From the IMG/VR virus record IMGVR_UViG_3300037493_003022, positions 49,046 through 113,045 of that record: a stretch of DNA of 64,000 bases; one strand, given 5' to 3'. This document shows positions 1 to 9,871 of this stretch, piece after piece; the first letter of the stretch is position 1, and the number at the start of each line of letters is the position of its first letter. The DNA comes from a virus. The position numbers and the translations under genes were made by a program. The notes beneath the pieces were generated by a model. That model worked only from the letters and a program-made list of their open reading frames with translations, was not told the DNA's origin and searched no databases.

Positions 1-5
1 TCGAC

Positions 6-431
6 TCATGGGTCACGATGGCCCTGGATCGTATTGGCGAGAACTACCACCATGAGGAAATGCGTAGACACTTGTCCTGTAGCTTGTACTTTTTCAATTT
101 TGTATCTGCGGTTAAACCAAGCCACCTCACCATCGGTCGATACCCACTCTCCGTCAGCAGCAGAAGGAAAGCGCCGGATAAGTTCTCTCCTGGAGAACAG
201 GAAAGCAACTTCATAGCGTTCTCCGTTTCCAATAACGGAAATCTGTTCAGGAGTGGGTCTGTGGATAGCTCTTCCGCGTATCGTAACTGGTGTTCCGAAG
301 GTCTTTGTTCTTTGTTTGTAGATGTCTACGGTATCGCTCACATACGGATGGTAAACGATAGCGGTACTTCTGAACTCGTTAGTCAGTAGTTCGTCGAGCC
401 GTGCGTCGATTGCTGACTCTTGTGAACTCAT
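6..431 (-). CDS. Putative head closure / head-tail joining protein
   Basis: 141 aa, beta-rich, directly downstream of the putative adaptor in the head module; ATGA overlap with the upstream gene. Confidence 0.55.
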   Translation of the reverse strand: MSSQESAIDARLDELLTNEFRSTAIVYHPYVSDTVDIYKQRTKTFGTPVTIRGRAIHRPTPEQISVIGNGERYEVAFLFSRRELIRRFPSAADGEWVSTDGEVAWFNRRYKIEKVQATGQVSTHFLMVVVLANTIQGHRDP

Positions 432-1201
432 ACTACTACCGCCGTCACGATGTTGCTATTCGAGGACAAAACATTTCTGTCGTAAACTCTGATTCGATAA
501 TAGTACGTTCCGACTGCCAGATCTTCATCTATGTATTCGGCTGTGTGGTTATCGGAAATCAGAGCTATCCTTGTCTCGTCTAGCATTGACGCCAGTAGAC
601 CTCTGTAAACCTCGTAACAAGAGAAGGTCTCGTCGTACAGAGGAGTCCATGCGAGTTCTACGTTGCGCACGTCAAGCAACCTGGAAAGAACAACTGCGTC
701 AGGGCCGTTGTCGAGAACACGTCTCTTCCACCCACCTGTGGTCAAAGAGATCCTCTTCAGGATGCCAGTCTCGATCTCCTGAGAGGTTTCTGTCCCGGCG
801 TTTTTTAGTTCCCCGTCGTACTCATCCTGAAGATCCCTGGCGAGTTTGAGCCAGGTGTCTGCAGTAGACTCCGAGGTAGCTGCGGGGTACTCAACGTGAA
901 GGTCTGGAACTTGAATTCGAGAAAAGTCTGGATTAGCTCCTCCAGAACCCATCGATTCTTCTTCCAGATCGTGAGACGCCCTCATATGGCACATCTCGAT
1001 TGTAGCAAGCTTCACGATTAAGAAAACGCGCCTAGTAGGAACGTCATCTACGACCGCGTAGTCTTGGTTCCAATCCGTATTGTACTTTTGGAGGGCGAAG
1101 TCGATGGCATCTTCGTAATAGCCGTCCTCGAAGACTCTTGTCTCTCCGAAATCAGCTATTCTACGACGCACCTTGTCGATGATTTGAGATACAGTGGCCA
1201 C
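428..1201 (-). CDS. Putative head-tail adaptor with C-terminal fibronectin type III-like domain
   Basis: Helical N-terminus (IIDKVRRRIAD) typical of adaptors; C-terminus VELAW...YEVYR...YIDEDL..GTYYYRIRVYD fits the Fn3 pattern; lies after the capsid gene. Confidence 0.6.
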   Translation of the reverse strand: MATVSQIIDKVRRRIADFGETRVFEDGYYEDAIDFALQKYNTDWNQDYAVVDDVPTRRVFLIVKLATIEMCHMRASHDLEEESMGSGGANPDFSRIQVPDLHVEYPAATSESTADTWLKLARDLQDEYDGELKNAGTETSQEIETGILKRISLTTGGWKRRVLDNGPDAVVLSRLLDVRNVELAWTPLYDETFSCYEVYRGLLASMLDETRIALISDNHTAEYIDEDLAVGTYYYRIRVYDRNVLSSNSNIVTAVVV

Positions 1202-1207
1202 ACTCGA

Positions 1208-1537
1208 TTACTCCACAAGTCCGTGAGCCCTCAGATGGGCAATAACGTCCTTTGTATCCAAGATCGTTTTGCCAACCTTCAGTTCGATCCACTTGCCAAC
1301 AAACTTTTTGCAAGTTTTCAAGGCTTTTGCAGAGGCTAGATTCTCAGAAATCGCTGTTGGCAATGCAATCTTTGCTTCTTTTGAAGGAACAATTTTTACA
1401 GGCTCAATTACGATCTCTGGTTCTGGTTCCGGAAACTCTTCTACGAGTTCGTCGCTCATCGGAGTTTCATACGCGCTGGCGTCCACGAATTGCTTCTCCA
1501 ATGTCAAAGACCTCGACAGTTTCTTTCTTACAGCCAT
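1208..1537 (-). CDS. Hypothetical protein (head module)
   Basis: 109 aa, SD-like GAGAGG upstream, between capsid and adaptor genes. Confidence 0.6.
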   Translation of the reverse strand: MAVRKKLSRSLTLEKQFVDASAYETPMSDELVEEFPEPEPEIVIEPVKIVPSKEAKIALPTAISENLASAKALKTCKKFVGKWIELKVGKTILDTKDVIAHLRAHGLVE

Positions 1538-1557
1538 GAAACCTCTCTCTGGACTAA

Positions 1558-1602
1558 ATCCCCTCGAAGAAACTGGAGTAGAAACAGCTCCTCCGAGGGG
1601 AT
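1558..1602 (-). terminator. Long hairpin after the major capsid gene (terminator, attenuator or stabilising stem)
   Basis: ATCCCCTCGGAGGAGCTG-loop-CAGTTTCTTCGAGGGGAT, 18 bp stem with GU pairs on the minus strand; weak U-tract. Confidence 0.55.
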
Positions 1603-1617
1603 AGCCGTGATCCGAAA

Positions 1618-2577
1618 TCAGACGGTCTGGATCCTGACGATGAAGTCGTCTTCCAGAATGGCAGTGCCCATGATGCTGTACCAGGCGAGAGAGTGGCGAC
1701 GGCCGAAGTCTTTCACGCCATCATCGCGCATCTCGACAGGCAGAGCGGTAGCTTTCGCGTAGGCACTGTCCGAGAACAGAACCGCTTCATAGACATCCGC
1801 CGCAGTGCCGCCGACAGCCGAATCGACGAAGGCAGCGAGATAACCAGGATCGGCTGAGCCCACGGCGCCGTTGCGACAGTGAGTCGTGCCGACGAAGACG
1901 ACATCTTCCCAGCGACCCAGCTCGCCGTTGAAGAGGGCGCGAGTCTGGGCGTAGTTCTGAGCGGATACCCAGTCCGGGTCGCGCTTCAGGTAGGCAGCCT
2001 GGTGCGGGTGGAGGAAGCAGACGTAGAAGTCGCCGTTGAACTTCGGCGCGTTCTTGGTCTGGAGAGTTTCCACACCCTGACGGATGCACTCCACGTCGAA
2101 GTAGTCCGTCCCGCCAACGAGGTTGGCGTAGGCAGCGCGGCCACCGGCAAGAACGATCTGCGAACCGGCGACGAGAGCATCGCGGCAAGCGAGGTCGTTG
2201 ACCACCGCGTAATCGCGGCCGAGCTGGATGGCGTATTCTTTCATGAGGTCGTCGAACGAAGCCAGGAGCAGCTTCTCGGAGAGGGACACGGCATTGCCCC
2301 ACTCAGTCACGGTGATCGCCTTCTGAGAAGCACTCATGTTCTTCTCGACCAGGGCGACGTTCTCCGTGAGCTGACCGCCACGAGAGATGTTGTTGTACTT
2401 GTTCATGACGATGGTCTGACCCGGCTGAGCCATCAGCTCAGTCTTCTTGACCGCGAATTCCTCGAAACGCATGATGCCCTGCGCCTCGTGGAGAATGTCC
2501 ATCGAGTGAACGTCAAGAATAGCCTGCGGAATGGCCACATAACTACCGGCCGTTGAAACACCACTGTACGTACCCAT
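1618..2577 (-). CDS. Major capsid protein, N4-gp56-like family
   Basis: 319 aa; motifs PGQTI..KY, ITVTEWGNAV, GELGRWEDVVFV, DFGRRHSLAWY; strong GAGGAGG SD, strongly biased codons, follows the scaffold gene. Confidence 0.9.
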   Translation of the reverse strand: MGTYSGVSTAGSYVAIPQAILDVHSMDILHEAQGIMRFEEFAVKKTELMAQPGQTIVMNKYNNISRGGQLTENVALVEKNMSASQKAITVTEWGNAVSLSEKLLLASFDDLMKEYAIQLGRDYAVVNDLACRDALVAGSQIVLAGGRAAYANLVGGTDYFDVECIRQGVETLQTKNAPKFNGDFYVCFLHPHQAAYLKRDPDWVSAQNYAQTRALFNGELGRWEDVVFVGTTHCRNGAVGSADPGYLAAFVDSAVGGTAADVYEAVLFSDSAYAKATALPVEMRDDGVKDFGRRHSLAWYSIMGTAILEDDFIVRIQTV

Positions 2578-2609
2578 GAATAAACCTCCTCAGGTTTGGT
2601 TACCGGAGA

Positions 2610-3353
2610 TCAAATAGCCCCGGATCTTTGCTTTGCATCGAGCAGGATTTGAGCGCGACGCTTTTCGTATTCTTCGCCCTTTAGTGAGGCAATTGCTTCT
2701 CGAGTCTGAGGAGTCAAACCGAGAGAGGGACCGCGACCTTCGGAACCGTTCGGAGCGAGAGGCCCTGGAAGAGAGTCGGCAACCTTCTTCTGTTGCTCGG
2801 CTTTGTACGCTTCCAGAAGTGACATCTCATCTTTCCTTGCGGATTCGATAGCTGCGTCAATTTCTTGCTCAGAGTTTCCAGTAACCAACTTCTCAAGCTT
2901 GACACCGGACTCCCGGATTCGGCGTTCGCGGTAAGCTTTCACCTCGAACTCGCGAATTTGAGCCGCTGCGATGCTGGCCGTCTCTTCGATAGCCTTCTCG
3001 AGCTTTTGGTTGTTCTCTCTGAGAGCCTTCAATTCGTTTGCCACTGACTCAAGTTCCGAAGCCTTGCCCTGCCTAATCGAATCGAGATCGGTCTGCGTAG
3101 CCTTGAGTTTGCTTTCGAGTTCTTTGGCAAGCTCTTCGGCTTTGGCTTTTGCAGTTTTCTGCTCTTCGAGTTTGCCAAACACCTTTGATTTCTCATCGGC
3201 GCGAGCTTTCTCAACGAGAGCGTTTACCTGCTCTTCCGTTAGAACTTTTCCCTGGGCTGGAACTTGGCTCTGAGGTGTCGAGTCGGGTGTCTGTCCAGAA
3301 GTCGATGGCTCCTGAACCTTCTGTGTCGAATTCGTATCTTTGTTGTCGCTCAT
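2610..3353 (-). CDS. Capsid scaffolding protein
   Basis: 247 aa coiled-coil, low-complexity N-terminus, Pro-rich linker, immediately upstream of the capsid gene. Confidence 0.8.
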   Translation of the reverse strand: MSDNKDTNSTQKVQEPSTSGQTPDSTPQSQVPAQGKVLTEEQVNALVEKARADEKSKVFGKLEEQKTAKAKAEELAKELESKLKATQTDLDSIRQGKASELESVANELKALRENNQKLEKAIEETASIAAAQIREFEVKAYRERRIRESGVKLEKLVTGNSEQEIDAAIESARKDEMSLLEAYKAEQQKKVADSLPGPLAPNGSEGRGPSLGLTPQTREAIASLKGEEYEKRRAQILLDAKQRSGAI

Positions 3354-3392
3354 GTGCCCTCCGGTTTGTCTTTGCTATATCTCGTTTGGGTA

Positions 3393-3593
3393 TTACGCCA
3401 AACGGGGATCGCGAACAGTGGTCTTCATATCATCGGGTTTGACGCTGTTGGACTTGCTGGAAGGGGAGCCGCTGACCTTGCCTGTGTTCCGCTGACCCTT
3501 GGTGTAGGGGAACTCCAGAGTGGCGCCGCGACCACCGTTGTCGGTCTTCCCGTTGTTCCCACTGCTGACGTTCCCTGCTGAATTCGTACCCAT
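3393..3593 (-). CDS. Small Gly/Ser/Asn-rich hypothetical protein
   Basis: 66 aa with strong AAGGAGG SD, downstream of a sigma70-like promoter. Confidence 0.6.
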   Translation of the reverse strand: MGTNSAGNVSSGNNGKTDNGGRGATLEFPYTKGQRNTGKVSGSPSSKSNSVKPDDMKTTVRDPRLA

Positions 3594-3627
3594 GAAATCC
3601 TCCTTGGTTTTGTTTAGCCTTCATTAC

Positions 3628-3656
3628 AGTATCGAAAGAACACCTGTCACAGTCAA
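3628..3656 (-). promoter_or_regulatory. Sigma70-like promoter for the scaffold/capsid operon
   Basis: TTGACT-17 nt-GATACT. Confidence 0.55.
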
Positions 3657-3746
3657 GTAACTTCTTGTCGAACTGTTGTCTACTAAGAGATAGACTGCGG
3701 CGAAGTTTTTGGCAAGTTGCGAGGAGTTACGAATTGAACTTAATGG

Positions 3747-5387
3747 TCAGTCGTCGTCGGAAGAGGTTTCAGAAGCAGCTTCAACAGAGGACTTTTTCGG
3801 AGTTTTGAGAGAACCTGCGGCCTGGTCACCCAGGGTGGAAACAATTTTCTCTCCACGGGTTTCATCCGGTCCTCCCTTTGAGAAACCAGAACCTTGTTTT
3901 CGAACGTAGTCAAAGGCGATTCCAGCTTCCATATCTTCGGCAAGGTCCTCTCGGGCCTCTTCGATGATGCTGGAGGTCTCCGACTGCGAGTACCCCATGG
4001 CCTCGAGTTCGAGTCTCCGAGTCGAAATTCCAAGTGCCAACCTCTCGCGAGAGATTTCGAGATTCTTTCTCTTGTCCTGCGGAAGCGGATCTTCAAATAC
4101 CACTTCGTTTCTATACTTATTCCCCTCAAGTTTATCCATCTTTGCTGAGAATGAAGGAGAAGCTAACTCCATATACTTCAGCATGAGTCGGTTGATAAAC
4201 TTTATCCCCTGTCCATACGTAAGAACCTTAACGTCCCTCTTCTGAATCATAGGAAGATACTGCATCTGGAGAGCTACTCCAGAAGGTGACGTTACTGTTT
4301 TCTCGGCTCCCAAGAATTGTTCAGGGGTATTCGACAACTCCAAGAGAGCCCTCTTCAGGTTTTCCCAGTGCAAATTAGCGGCACCTAGGTCACCTTTGAG
4401 TTCAAGATTTTCTACCTTAGCGCCTTCCGGCAAAGCCCACGTTCTATTGGCACCTTTTTCTAGATCTTTAAGCTTTGCTCCGTAGATAATGGTCTGCGGA
4501 GATGCGTGGTAGTTAACAATATCTGAGATGTCCGTTGCCTTCTCGTTCATCTCTCTATTCAAATCCATGATGTCAACTAAGTCAGAGATGCCGTAGTATT
4601 CACCCGAAAGAGGGTAGTTTGGGATATGCACAATCGGAATTTCACCTAGCGGATTCACGCTTTCCGAGATCAAATCCCTGTTTTCGTAGTATCTAACTAT
4701 CGAAGGTCTAATCAGATTCCCAGCCGCGTCGTACACAGGCGACAACCACTCCTCGATTTTCAAAACCATGTTGACAGATGTCATCATGTTCAGGTTTCGC
4801 CTGGCAGAAGGAGCATACGACTCCTGTTTTTCCCGGTAGGTTGGGGTAATCACGATGGCCCGTGTTACCTTTTTTCTATCTACTCCAAAAGGACCACCGA
4901 ATTCAGGAAATACAAGGTGGCTCGGTATGATGTCTACTCTTGGGTAGGGGTCTTCCGTTGGGTCGGAACGCTCCCAGCAAACCCTGGCGAAAACGTCTCC
5001 CGTGACGCCGCCCTGTTGTCCAGCTTCGATGCACCAGAGGTTTTTGTTATTCTTTCTCCAGGCTTCCTCAAGGGCGACACGGACAAACTCCCGGTCTTCT
5101 GATTCGTCCTGCTCTGTTTCAGGGTTGTCAGGGATAACAACGTCAAAACCTTTGCTGAACGTAAAATCGTTGTGCAGGTCTACTATCTTCCTGACGTAGT
5201 TCATAGTGATAACGGGATCTCCCGAATCACGAACATACGACCAGTGTCTGCCTAGATAGTATAGCCAGCACGTTCGATAGAATGCCATCCTTCTGGAGTG
5301 CGTCCGATTTATGTCATCTTGAAAGAAGACTTCGAATGCGTCAGATAAGGAAACTGTTACGTTCGGACTCGGTTGTTGATACGCCAT
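3747..5387 (-). CDS. Portal protein (SPP1 gp6-like)
   Basis: 546 aa; YYLGRH, NYVRKIVD, NPLGEIPIVHIPN, GISDL, SGVAL motifs; between terminase and scaffold. Confidence 0.9.
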   Translation of the reverse strand: MAYQQPSPNVTVSLSDAFEVFFQDDINRTHSRRMAFYRTCWLYYLGRHWSYVRDSGDPVITMNYVRKIVDLHNDFTFSKGFDVVIPDNPETEQDESEDREFVRVALEEAWRKNNKNLWCIEAGQQGGVTGDVFARVCWERSDPTEDPYPRVDIIPSHLVFPEFGGPFGVDRKKVTRAIVITPTYREKQESYAPSARRNLNMMTSVNMVLKIEEWLSPVYDAAGNLIRPSIVRYYENRDLISESVNPLGEIPIVHIPNYPLSGEYYGISDLVDIMDLNREMNEKATDISDIVNYHASPQTIIYGAKLKDLEKGANRTWALPEGAKVENLELKGDLGAANLHWENLKRALLELSNTPEQFLGAEKTVTSPSGVALQMQYLPMIQKRDVKVLTYGQGIKFINRLMLKYMELASPSFSAKMDKLEGNKYRNEVVFEDPLPQDKRKNLEISRERLALGISTRRLELEAMGYSQSETSSIIEEAREDLAEDMEAGIAFDYVRKQGSGFSKGGPDETRGEKIVSTLGDQAAGSLKTPKKSSVEAASETSSDDD

Positions 5388-5632
5388 TACCTCTTCTCCT
5401 GTAACGCATTATTCTGTGTGTCTTGTCGTGTCTGCGTCTCATTCTCTTTTACACCAAGATCCCCATACGTCCTAACGACGACATTCTTGCCGGAACCTTC
5501 TGCAAAAGCATCCCTCATAAGATCAATTTTTGTCTTCGGAGGTGTCGGTGGAACTTTTCTAGTCTCATGAAAAAGTTTCATTGACTCCGAAATCTTCCTT
5601 CTAGTTTCGTCTGATCGCTGCATTAGTCCCAT
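5387..5632 (-). CDS. Small protein with NUMOD3-like motif
   Basis: RSDETRRKISESMK resembles the NUMOD3 DNA-binding repeat; overlaps both neighbouring genes. Confidence 0.5.
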   Translation of the reverse strand: MGLMQRSDETRRKISESMKLFHETRKVPPTPPKTKIDLMRDAFAEGSGKNVVVRTYGDLGVKENETQTRQDTQNNALQEKR

Positions 5633-8600
5633 CTCCCATTGTGCCCCGGCCTGCTAGGACGCCTTGATTTGGGCTCAAACACCTTTCGGAATAAGGCCCC
5701 GGCTTCCCTCATATGACTCGCGGCTGTCCATCGGGCTTGTCTTCCAATGAACGGGTTGTCGGTCTCTTCTACTTCCATTGTGCCCTGAACATTGATTGCC
5801 CAGCAAAGAAGCATGGCCGAATCTGGGAAGTCGTCGTAGCAGTTGTCGCCGTCCTTGGGCTTGTGAACAACCATCTGCTGGCCACGCCACTCTTTTTCAA
5901 GGTCGTGCATCTGATTTACGAACTTCTGCCACTTCAAGAGTCGCGTGGCCTGAGCGCCAGCCGGGAAGGTGAAACGCTTCGAACTGATCTCCTGGGAGAA
6001 CACTTTGTAGCCAACATCCTTGGATGCCGCCGTGAAAATGAATGGTTCGACATGAATGTTGTACTCCATAAGATCCGCTGCGAGTCGGGAGTACACAGGA
6101 TCGCCCTTACCAGTTGCGTCGATTACAACTTGGCTTATTTGGTAGTTCTTCAGGAACTCAAGGATTTGAGGGTGCTGAGCTTCATGGTTGTCTCCATGAA
6201 GTTCGAGCCAATTTAGGATGTGGATAGGATACCTGCTTGCCCCGCCAACATCGATTGGAGAATCCCAGAACGCTTTTCCAACAGTAACAACGGTAGAGTT
6301 CGCGCGTCCAACGTCGATGGCTGCGATGATATTTTCCGTCTTATTATCGTAGGTGACTACGTTTGGAGCCCTCTCAAAGTGAACAATCTTCTTGTTCTTG
6401 CCTTTTCCGATCTCAATAGTTAGTCGGTTGTCCTTGTCTTTTATTCCGCACTCGTCGAACAGCTCTGGGTTTACGAACATACCCCGGTCGAGGAGCCAAT
6501 GAAGTCGATACTTCAGTCTGAAATCGTCAGAATCCTCTCCAAGTCGCTCTATTTCTTTCAGAATATACTTACGATAACGAGGATTGTACTTCTGTCCAAC
6601 TGTGTAATCGTACTCGTAATGCCTTCTGTAGCGAGAACGAACAGACCCATCGCTAACATCAGCTCGTTTATTACGACGACAGGCTTCATAAAAGTCAGAT
6701 CTAACTCTGTTACAGGTGCCAATTTTTACGAGAGTACCGGCTGTGTTATGTACGACTATATTATTGGCAATGAAATTGTGCGCCGGATCTGGCATCTCTA
6801 TATCATAAACCTGCTGTTTGCCAGATGATTCAATCGACACAACCCGTTCCCAAACTAAGTCGTTGTCTAACTCCTTTGCGTATCTTTTAGATCCAGATCC
6901 AACTATAATTGACGCTCGTCTCTTATTTCCTCTGAATTCCAAAACTTTTTCTGCGATGACAATCGAGTTACGCTTTCTTTCAACTAGCAGTGGTATGTTT
7001 TTGCAGAAAGCTAGTACGCTATCTTTATCTGAAGTATCTAACTTATAATAGATGCTCCCCTTTTCTGCGTAGCCTTTTCCATTAGAAATAGCTTCGTAGA
7101 TAGAACTCTGTATTCCAAACTTAATTAGAAGATGAGATACTTCTTCAAGAATAACTCTGTTTGCCTGCGATAGTGAGATTGTTACTTTTCGTTCAGTAAC
7201 TCCTATTGTTCCGTCTGTATCGTATAGTCCTCCTAGGAACGCAGCTACTTCCTCTTTTTTGCACTCCCAGATATTAGACGGAACCCTCTTTTTATCCTTT
7301 GTCTGACCGTAGATGTTGGCGGCTCTCAGGAGATTTATCGCTGGGTTTTTACCTTTTTTTGAGCCCTCGACTGAACTAATGCAGCGGACTTCTTTGTACT
7401 CTCTTCTTGCCGAAGTTGTATGGCCTCGTTCTTCTCGACAAGATCCGAGTTGCCTAACCATCCAATCGCCAAGGAAGTCATGTAGCTCTTTGTCTTCTCC
7501 AGAAAAAGCTGGGCTGCAATCCTTGTGGTACGACCCGTCCCCTACAAGCATTCCTAGAACCCTGGCCTCCTCGACACCTATGGAATTTGTTCCAAAGAAA
7601 GGAACAGCTCTCGGAACTGCTATCTGATAACCAACTTTTATATTCTGGAGCGTTTCCCATTTCGGTAGTCTCGGATACGCCCTCGGTTTCCAGATGACTG
7701 GGTGGTCTAAAGTCCCTGTTATCTTCTTTCCTGAATTCAAAGTCATCGTAAGACATTCTTGAATTCCGCTATCTATCTTCCTTATAGGAGTTCCTCTCAT
7801 GAAATGCAGCGTCTCGGAGAAGCACCCGGTCTCCTTTATTGGCATGTCGTCAAGACGAACAATCCTACCGTTTGCCAGTGGAATTAAAGAGTCGCCTGTG
7901 ATACACGCCGCTGCCATCGGATGGATAGACGCGCGAATCTGGCTGGAAGGAATGTCCTGCGACTCTTCCAGAAGGATCAAGTGGTAGGTCTTTCCTTCAA
8001 TCTTCGATTGGGGAGAGGCAGTACCGCAGTCAACGAAGGAACCGTTTGGCAAGACCATGTTCTCTCGAACATCGGTCAGATCCATGTCTACGTCGGGGTC
8101 TAGGAGGGCAGTTTTAGACTCCTTGGAGTACATTCGGGCCTTCATGCGATTCCACATGATTCCGGCCTGAAGGTAGTTGGGAGCATAAATGCCTATCCAA
8201 ACTCCTCTTTCGAACTTCTTTATTCTCTCATCGTGAGGAAGATTTTTGGCTAGGATTGGAAGGAGTACAGATAACCCGCATACAGTTACGGCTACCGTTT
8301 CAGTGTTGTGAGTTACTGTTCCATCTTCAAGCAAGAAACGCTTATTTCCGTCCAACACGAAACCAAAATAGCTCCCGTTACCAGCTTTTGTTATTGAAAA
8401 ACAATACTTGTCTAAGCCGTTAGAGGATCTTATACCTCTAAAAAGATGCTCTTTCCCTAATACTTCCTGTATATGAACGTCCCTGACACTGTTTTCTGAG
8501 ACATCGAACAGGGTAAGTATGTGACTTTCATTTACGGTGTACCTACTGTACCTGGAGTCGTCTGGGGAGATCGTCAGGAGTTTCCCGTATCCGTCTGCGA

Positions 8601-8991
8601 TGGACAATACATTTCTAGCTGTCGAATCATCGCCCATCAGCTTGTCGCCAACCCTCACCTCTTCGACTGGCTTTACGGTTCCGTCGAACATGAGAATTGG
8701 TGTGCCTTTTGCCAGGCACTTTCCCATCTGACGGGCGAACAATGCGGTAATTTCTTCTGCATCTTCGCAAAGCAATGAATAGACAATTCGCCATCCAAAC
8801 TCTAACTCATAGGGGTACAGCTCCACCCCAGTCATATCCTGGGAGTAGGCCATAACCATATCAGCTAGTTTGGATAACTCATCTTTCGTAAGATCCCTTT
8901 GAGGAATCCCGCTGACGTTATCCGCCACTGCTTTTTCGTAGTCGATTGGCTGCTTCTGTGTCTTTGGCGTGTCTTTCATGTCCACGACCAT
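5623..8991 (-). CDS. terL: Terminase large subunit with two inteins (about 597 aa after splicing)
   Basis: Spliced Walker A ARQMGK/T, Walker B LILLEESQ, nuclease motifs AAIDVG, IDATGKG, DDFPDS. Confidence 0.92.
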   Translation of the reverse strand: MVVDMKDTPKTQKQPIDYEKAVADNVSGIPQRDLTKDELSKLADMVMAYSQDMTGVELYPYELEFGWRIVYSLLCEDAEEITALFARQMGKCLAKGTPILMFDGTVKPVEEVRVGDKLMGDDSTARNVLSIADGYGKLLTISPDDSRYSRYTVNESHILTLFDVSENSVRDVHIQEVLGKEHLFRGIRSSNGLDKYCFSITKAGNGSYFGFVLDGNKRFLLEDGTVTHNTETVAVTVCGLSVLLPILAKNLPHDERIKKFERGVWIGIYAPNYLQAGIMWNRMKARMYSKESKTALLDPDVDMDLTDVRENMVLPNGSFVDCGTASPQSKIEGKTYHLILLEESQDIPSSQIRASIHPMAAACITGDSLIPLANGRIVRLDDMPIKETGCFSETLHFMRGTPIRKIDSGIQECLTMTLNSGKKITGTLDHPVIWKPRAYPRLPKWETLQNIKVGYQIAVPRAVPFFGTNSIGVEEARVLGMLVGDGSYHKDCSPAFSGEDKELHDFLGDWMVRQLGSCREERGHTTSARREYKEVRCISSVEGSKKGKNPAINLLRAANIYGQTKDKKRVPSNIWECKKEEVAAFLGGLYDTDGTIGVTERKVTISLSQANRVILEEVSHLLIKFGIQSSIYEAISNGKGYAEKGSIYYKLDTSDKDSVLAFCKNIPLLVERKRNSIVIAEKVLEFRGNKRRASIIVGSGSKRYAKELDNDLVWERVVSIESSGKQQVYDIEMPDPAHNFIANNIVVHNTAGTLVKIGTCNRVRSDFYEACRRNKRADVSDGSVRSRYRRHYEYDYTVGQKYNPRYRKYILKEIERLGEDSDDFRLKYRLHWLLDRGMFVNPELFDECGIKDKDNRLTIEIGKGKNKKIVHFERAPNVVTYDNKTENIIAAIDVGRANSTVVTVGKAFWDSPIDVGGASRYPIHILNWLELHGDNHEAQHPQILEFLKNYQISQVVIDATGKGDPVYSRLAADLMEYNIHVEPFIFTAASKDVGYKVFSQEISSKRFTFPAGAQATRLLKWQKFVNQMHDLEKEWRGQQMVVHKPKDGDNCYDDFPDSAMLLCWAINVQGTMEVEETDNPFIGRQARWTAASHMREAGALFRKVFEPKSRRPSRPGHNGRWD
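6745..7905 (-). mobile_element. Intein (387 aa) with LAGLIDADG homing endonuclease in terminase
   Basis: AAA|CITGDSLI...NNIVVHN|T; LGMLVGDGS and FLGGLYDTDG motifs. Confidence 0.92.
8305..8718 (-). mobile_element. Mini-intein (138 aa) in terminase Walker A
   Basis: GK|CLAKGTPILMFDG...FLLEDGTVTHN|T; no endonuclease motif. Confidence 0.92.
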
Positions 8992-9005
8992 AGCACAATT
9001 TAGGC

Positions 9006-9050
9006 AATAAAAAACCCCTGGAGCGTAGGAAGGATTACGCTCCAGAGGTT
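9006..9050 (-). terminator. Rho-independent terminator
   Basis: CTGGAGCGTA-loop-TACGCTCCAG followed by GGGTTTTTTATT on the minus strand. Confidence 0.8.
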
Positions 9051-9089
9051 AAAGAAAAACAGAGGACTAAATCGAGGGGCCTGGCAGGA

Positions 9090-9794
9090 TCAATTCTGAA
9101 CAATTTGCCAGTATCCGTCAATCTTCTTGACGCGGTCTTCTACGTCCTTGGACGTGAGACCCAGGACTCTGGCGTAGGACAACGCTTCTTTCTTAGAAGC
9201 GAACTTCTGAACCTTTGATGTTTCCTCCGTGGGAACCTCTTCATCGTCAGAAGCTTCATAGTATTTGAACGTCGGAGGGTCAACAGTGTTCACTGTTTCC
9301 TCGCTCGGCGCGAAAACCTTCTTCTCTCTGGTTTTGCGAACAGCCTTCTCTTTCGGCTCTTTCTTGACTTTTTCGGCCCTCTTTGTTTTCTCGGGTTCCG
9401 CCGGGGCCTCGACCATCACGATCGCGCGCTGAACGCGCACATCCTCGTGGTCCACGTAGGGAACAGTCCCACTGGCGAGAGCCTTCGAGCGGTCGACACC
9501 GCGAGCTTCCTGGAGAAACCAAGTGACGAGCCCGGTTCCGTCCTCCTCGCCGTACTTCGCGCGTTCGGGAGTCCCCTCCTTGTACTGCACGAAGATCGCG
9601 CCGAGAGGTACGCCGACTGTCTCTCGGAATCGCTTCACGGTGATGCTCCCATTGAAGGGGTTCTCCACCGCGTAGTAGCGGAATTCCCCCGAGAGGTCCT
9701 TCTTCGCCCTCTCCTTCTTCTCAGTGGGAGCGACGGTAGGCTCCGTGCCAGGGATTTCAGTTTGGATGTTTTGAGCTTCTTGTGTCGTTTCCAT
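9090..9794 (-). CDS. Hypothetical Lys/Glu-rich protein
   Basis: 234 aa, AAGGAG SD, biased codons, own promoter and terminator. Confidence 0.75.
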   Translation of the reverse strand: METTQEAQNIQTEIPGTEPTVAPTEKKERAKKDLSGEFRYYAVENPFNGSITVKRFRETVGVPLGAIFVQYKEGTPERAKYGEEDGTGLVTWFLQEARGVDRSKALASGTVPYVDHEDVRVQRAIVMVEAPAEPEKTKRAEKVKKEPKEKAVRKTREKKVFAPSEETVNTVDPPTFKYYEASDDEEVPTEETSKVQKFASKKEALSYARVLGLTSKDVEDRVKKIDGYWQIVQN

Positions 9795-9837
9795 TTGTGC
9801 TCCTTTGCACCACCTAGTTAATGGTGGTGTTTGTTTT

Positions 9838-9861
9838 CATGTATTGAGTATATACACAGCT
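9838..9861 (-). promoter_or_regulatory. Repeated promoter element (-10 / 6 nt / ATG class)
   Basis: AGCTgtgta-TATACT-caatac-ATGAAAACAAACACC. Confidence 0.7.
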
Positions 9862-9871
9862 TCGATTAGCT

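Noticed and set aside
1787-2556. Alternative-frame and antisense ORFs within the capsid gene
   Set aside because: Expected from GC3-rich codon bias. Unlike the HNH in the polA intein, they carry no recognisable domain or RBS.
9090-9794. Small terminase subunit call by position
   Set aside because: Separated from terL by a strong terminator and shows no TerS-like motif I can recognise.
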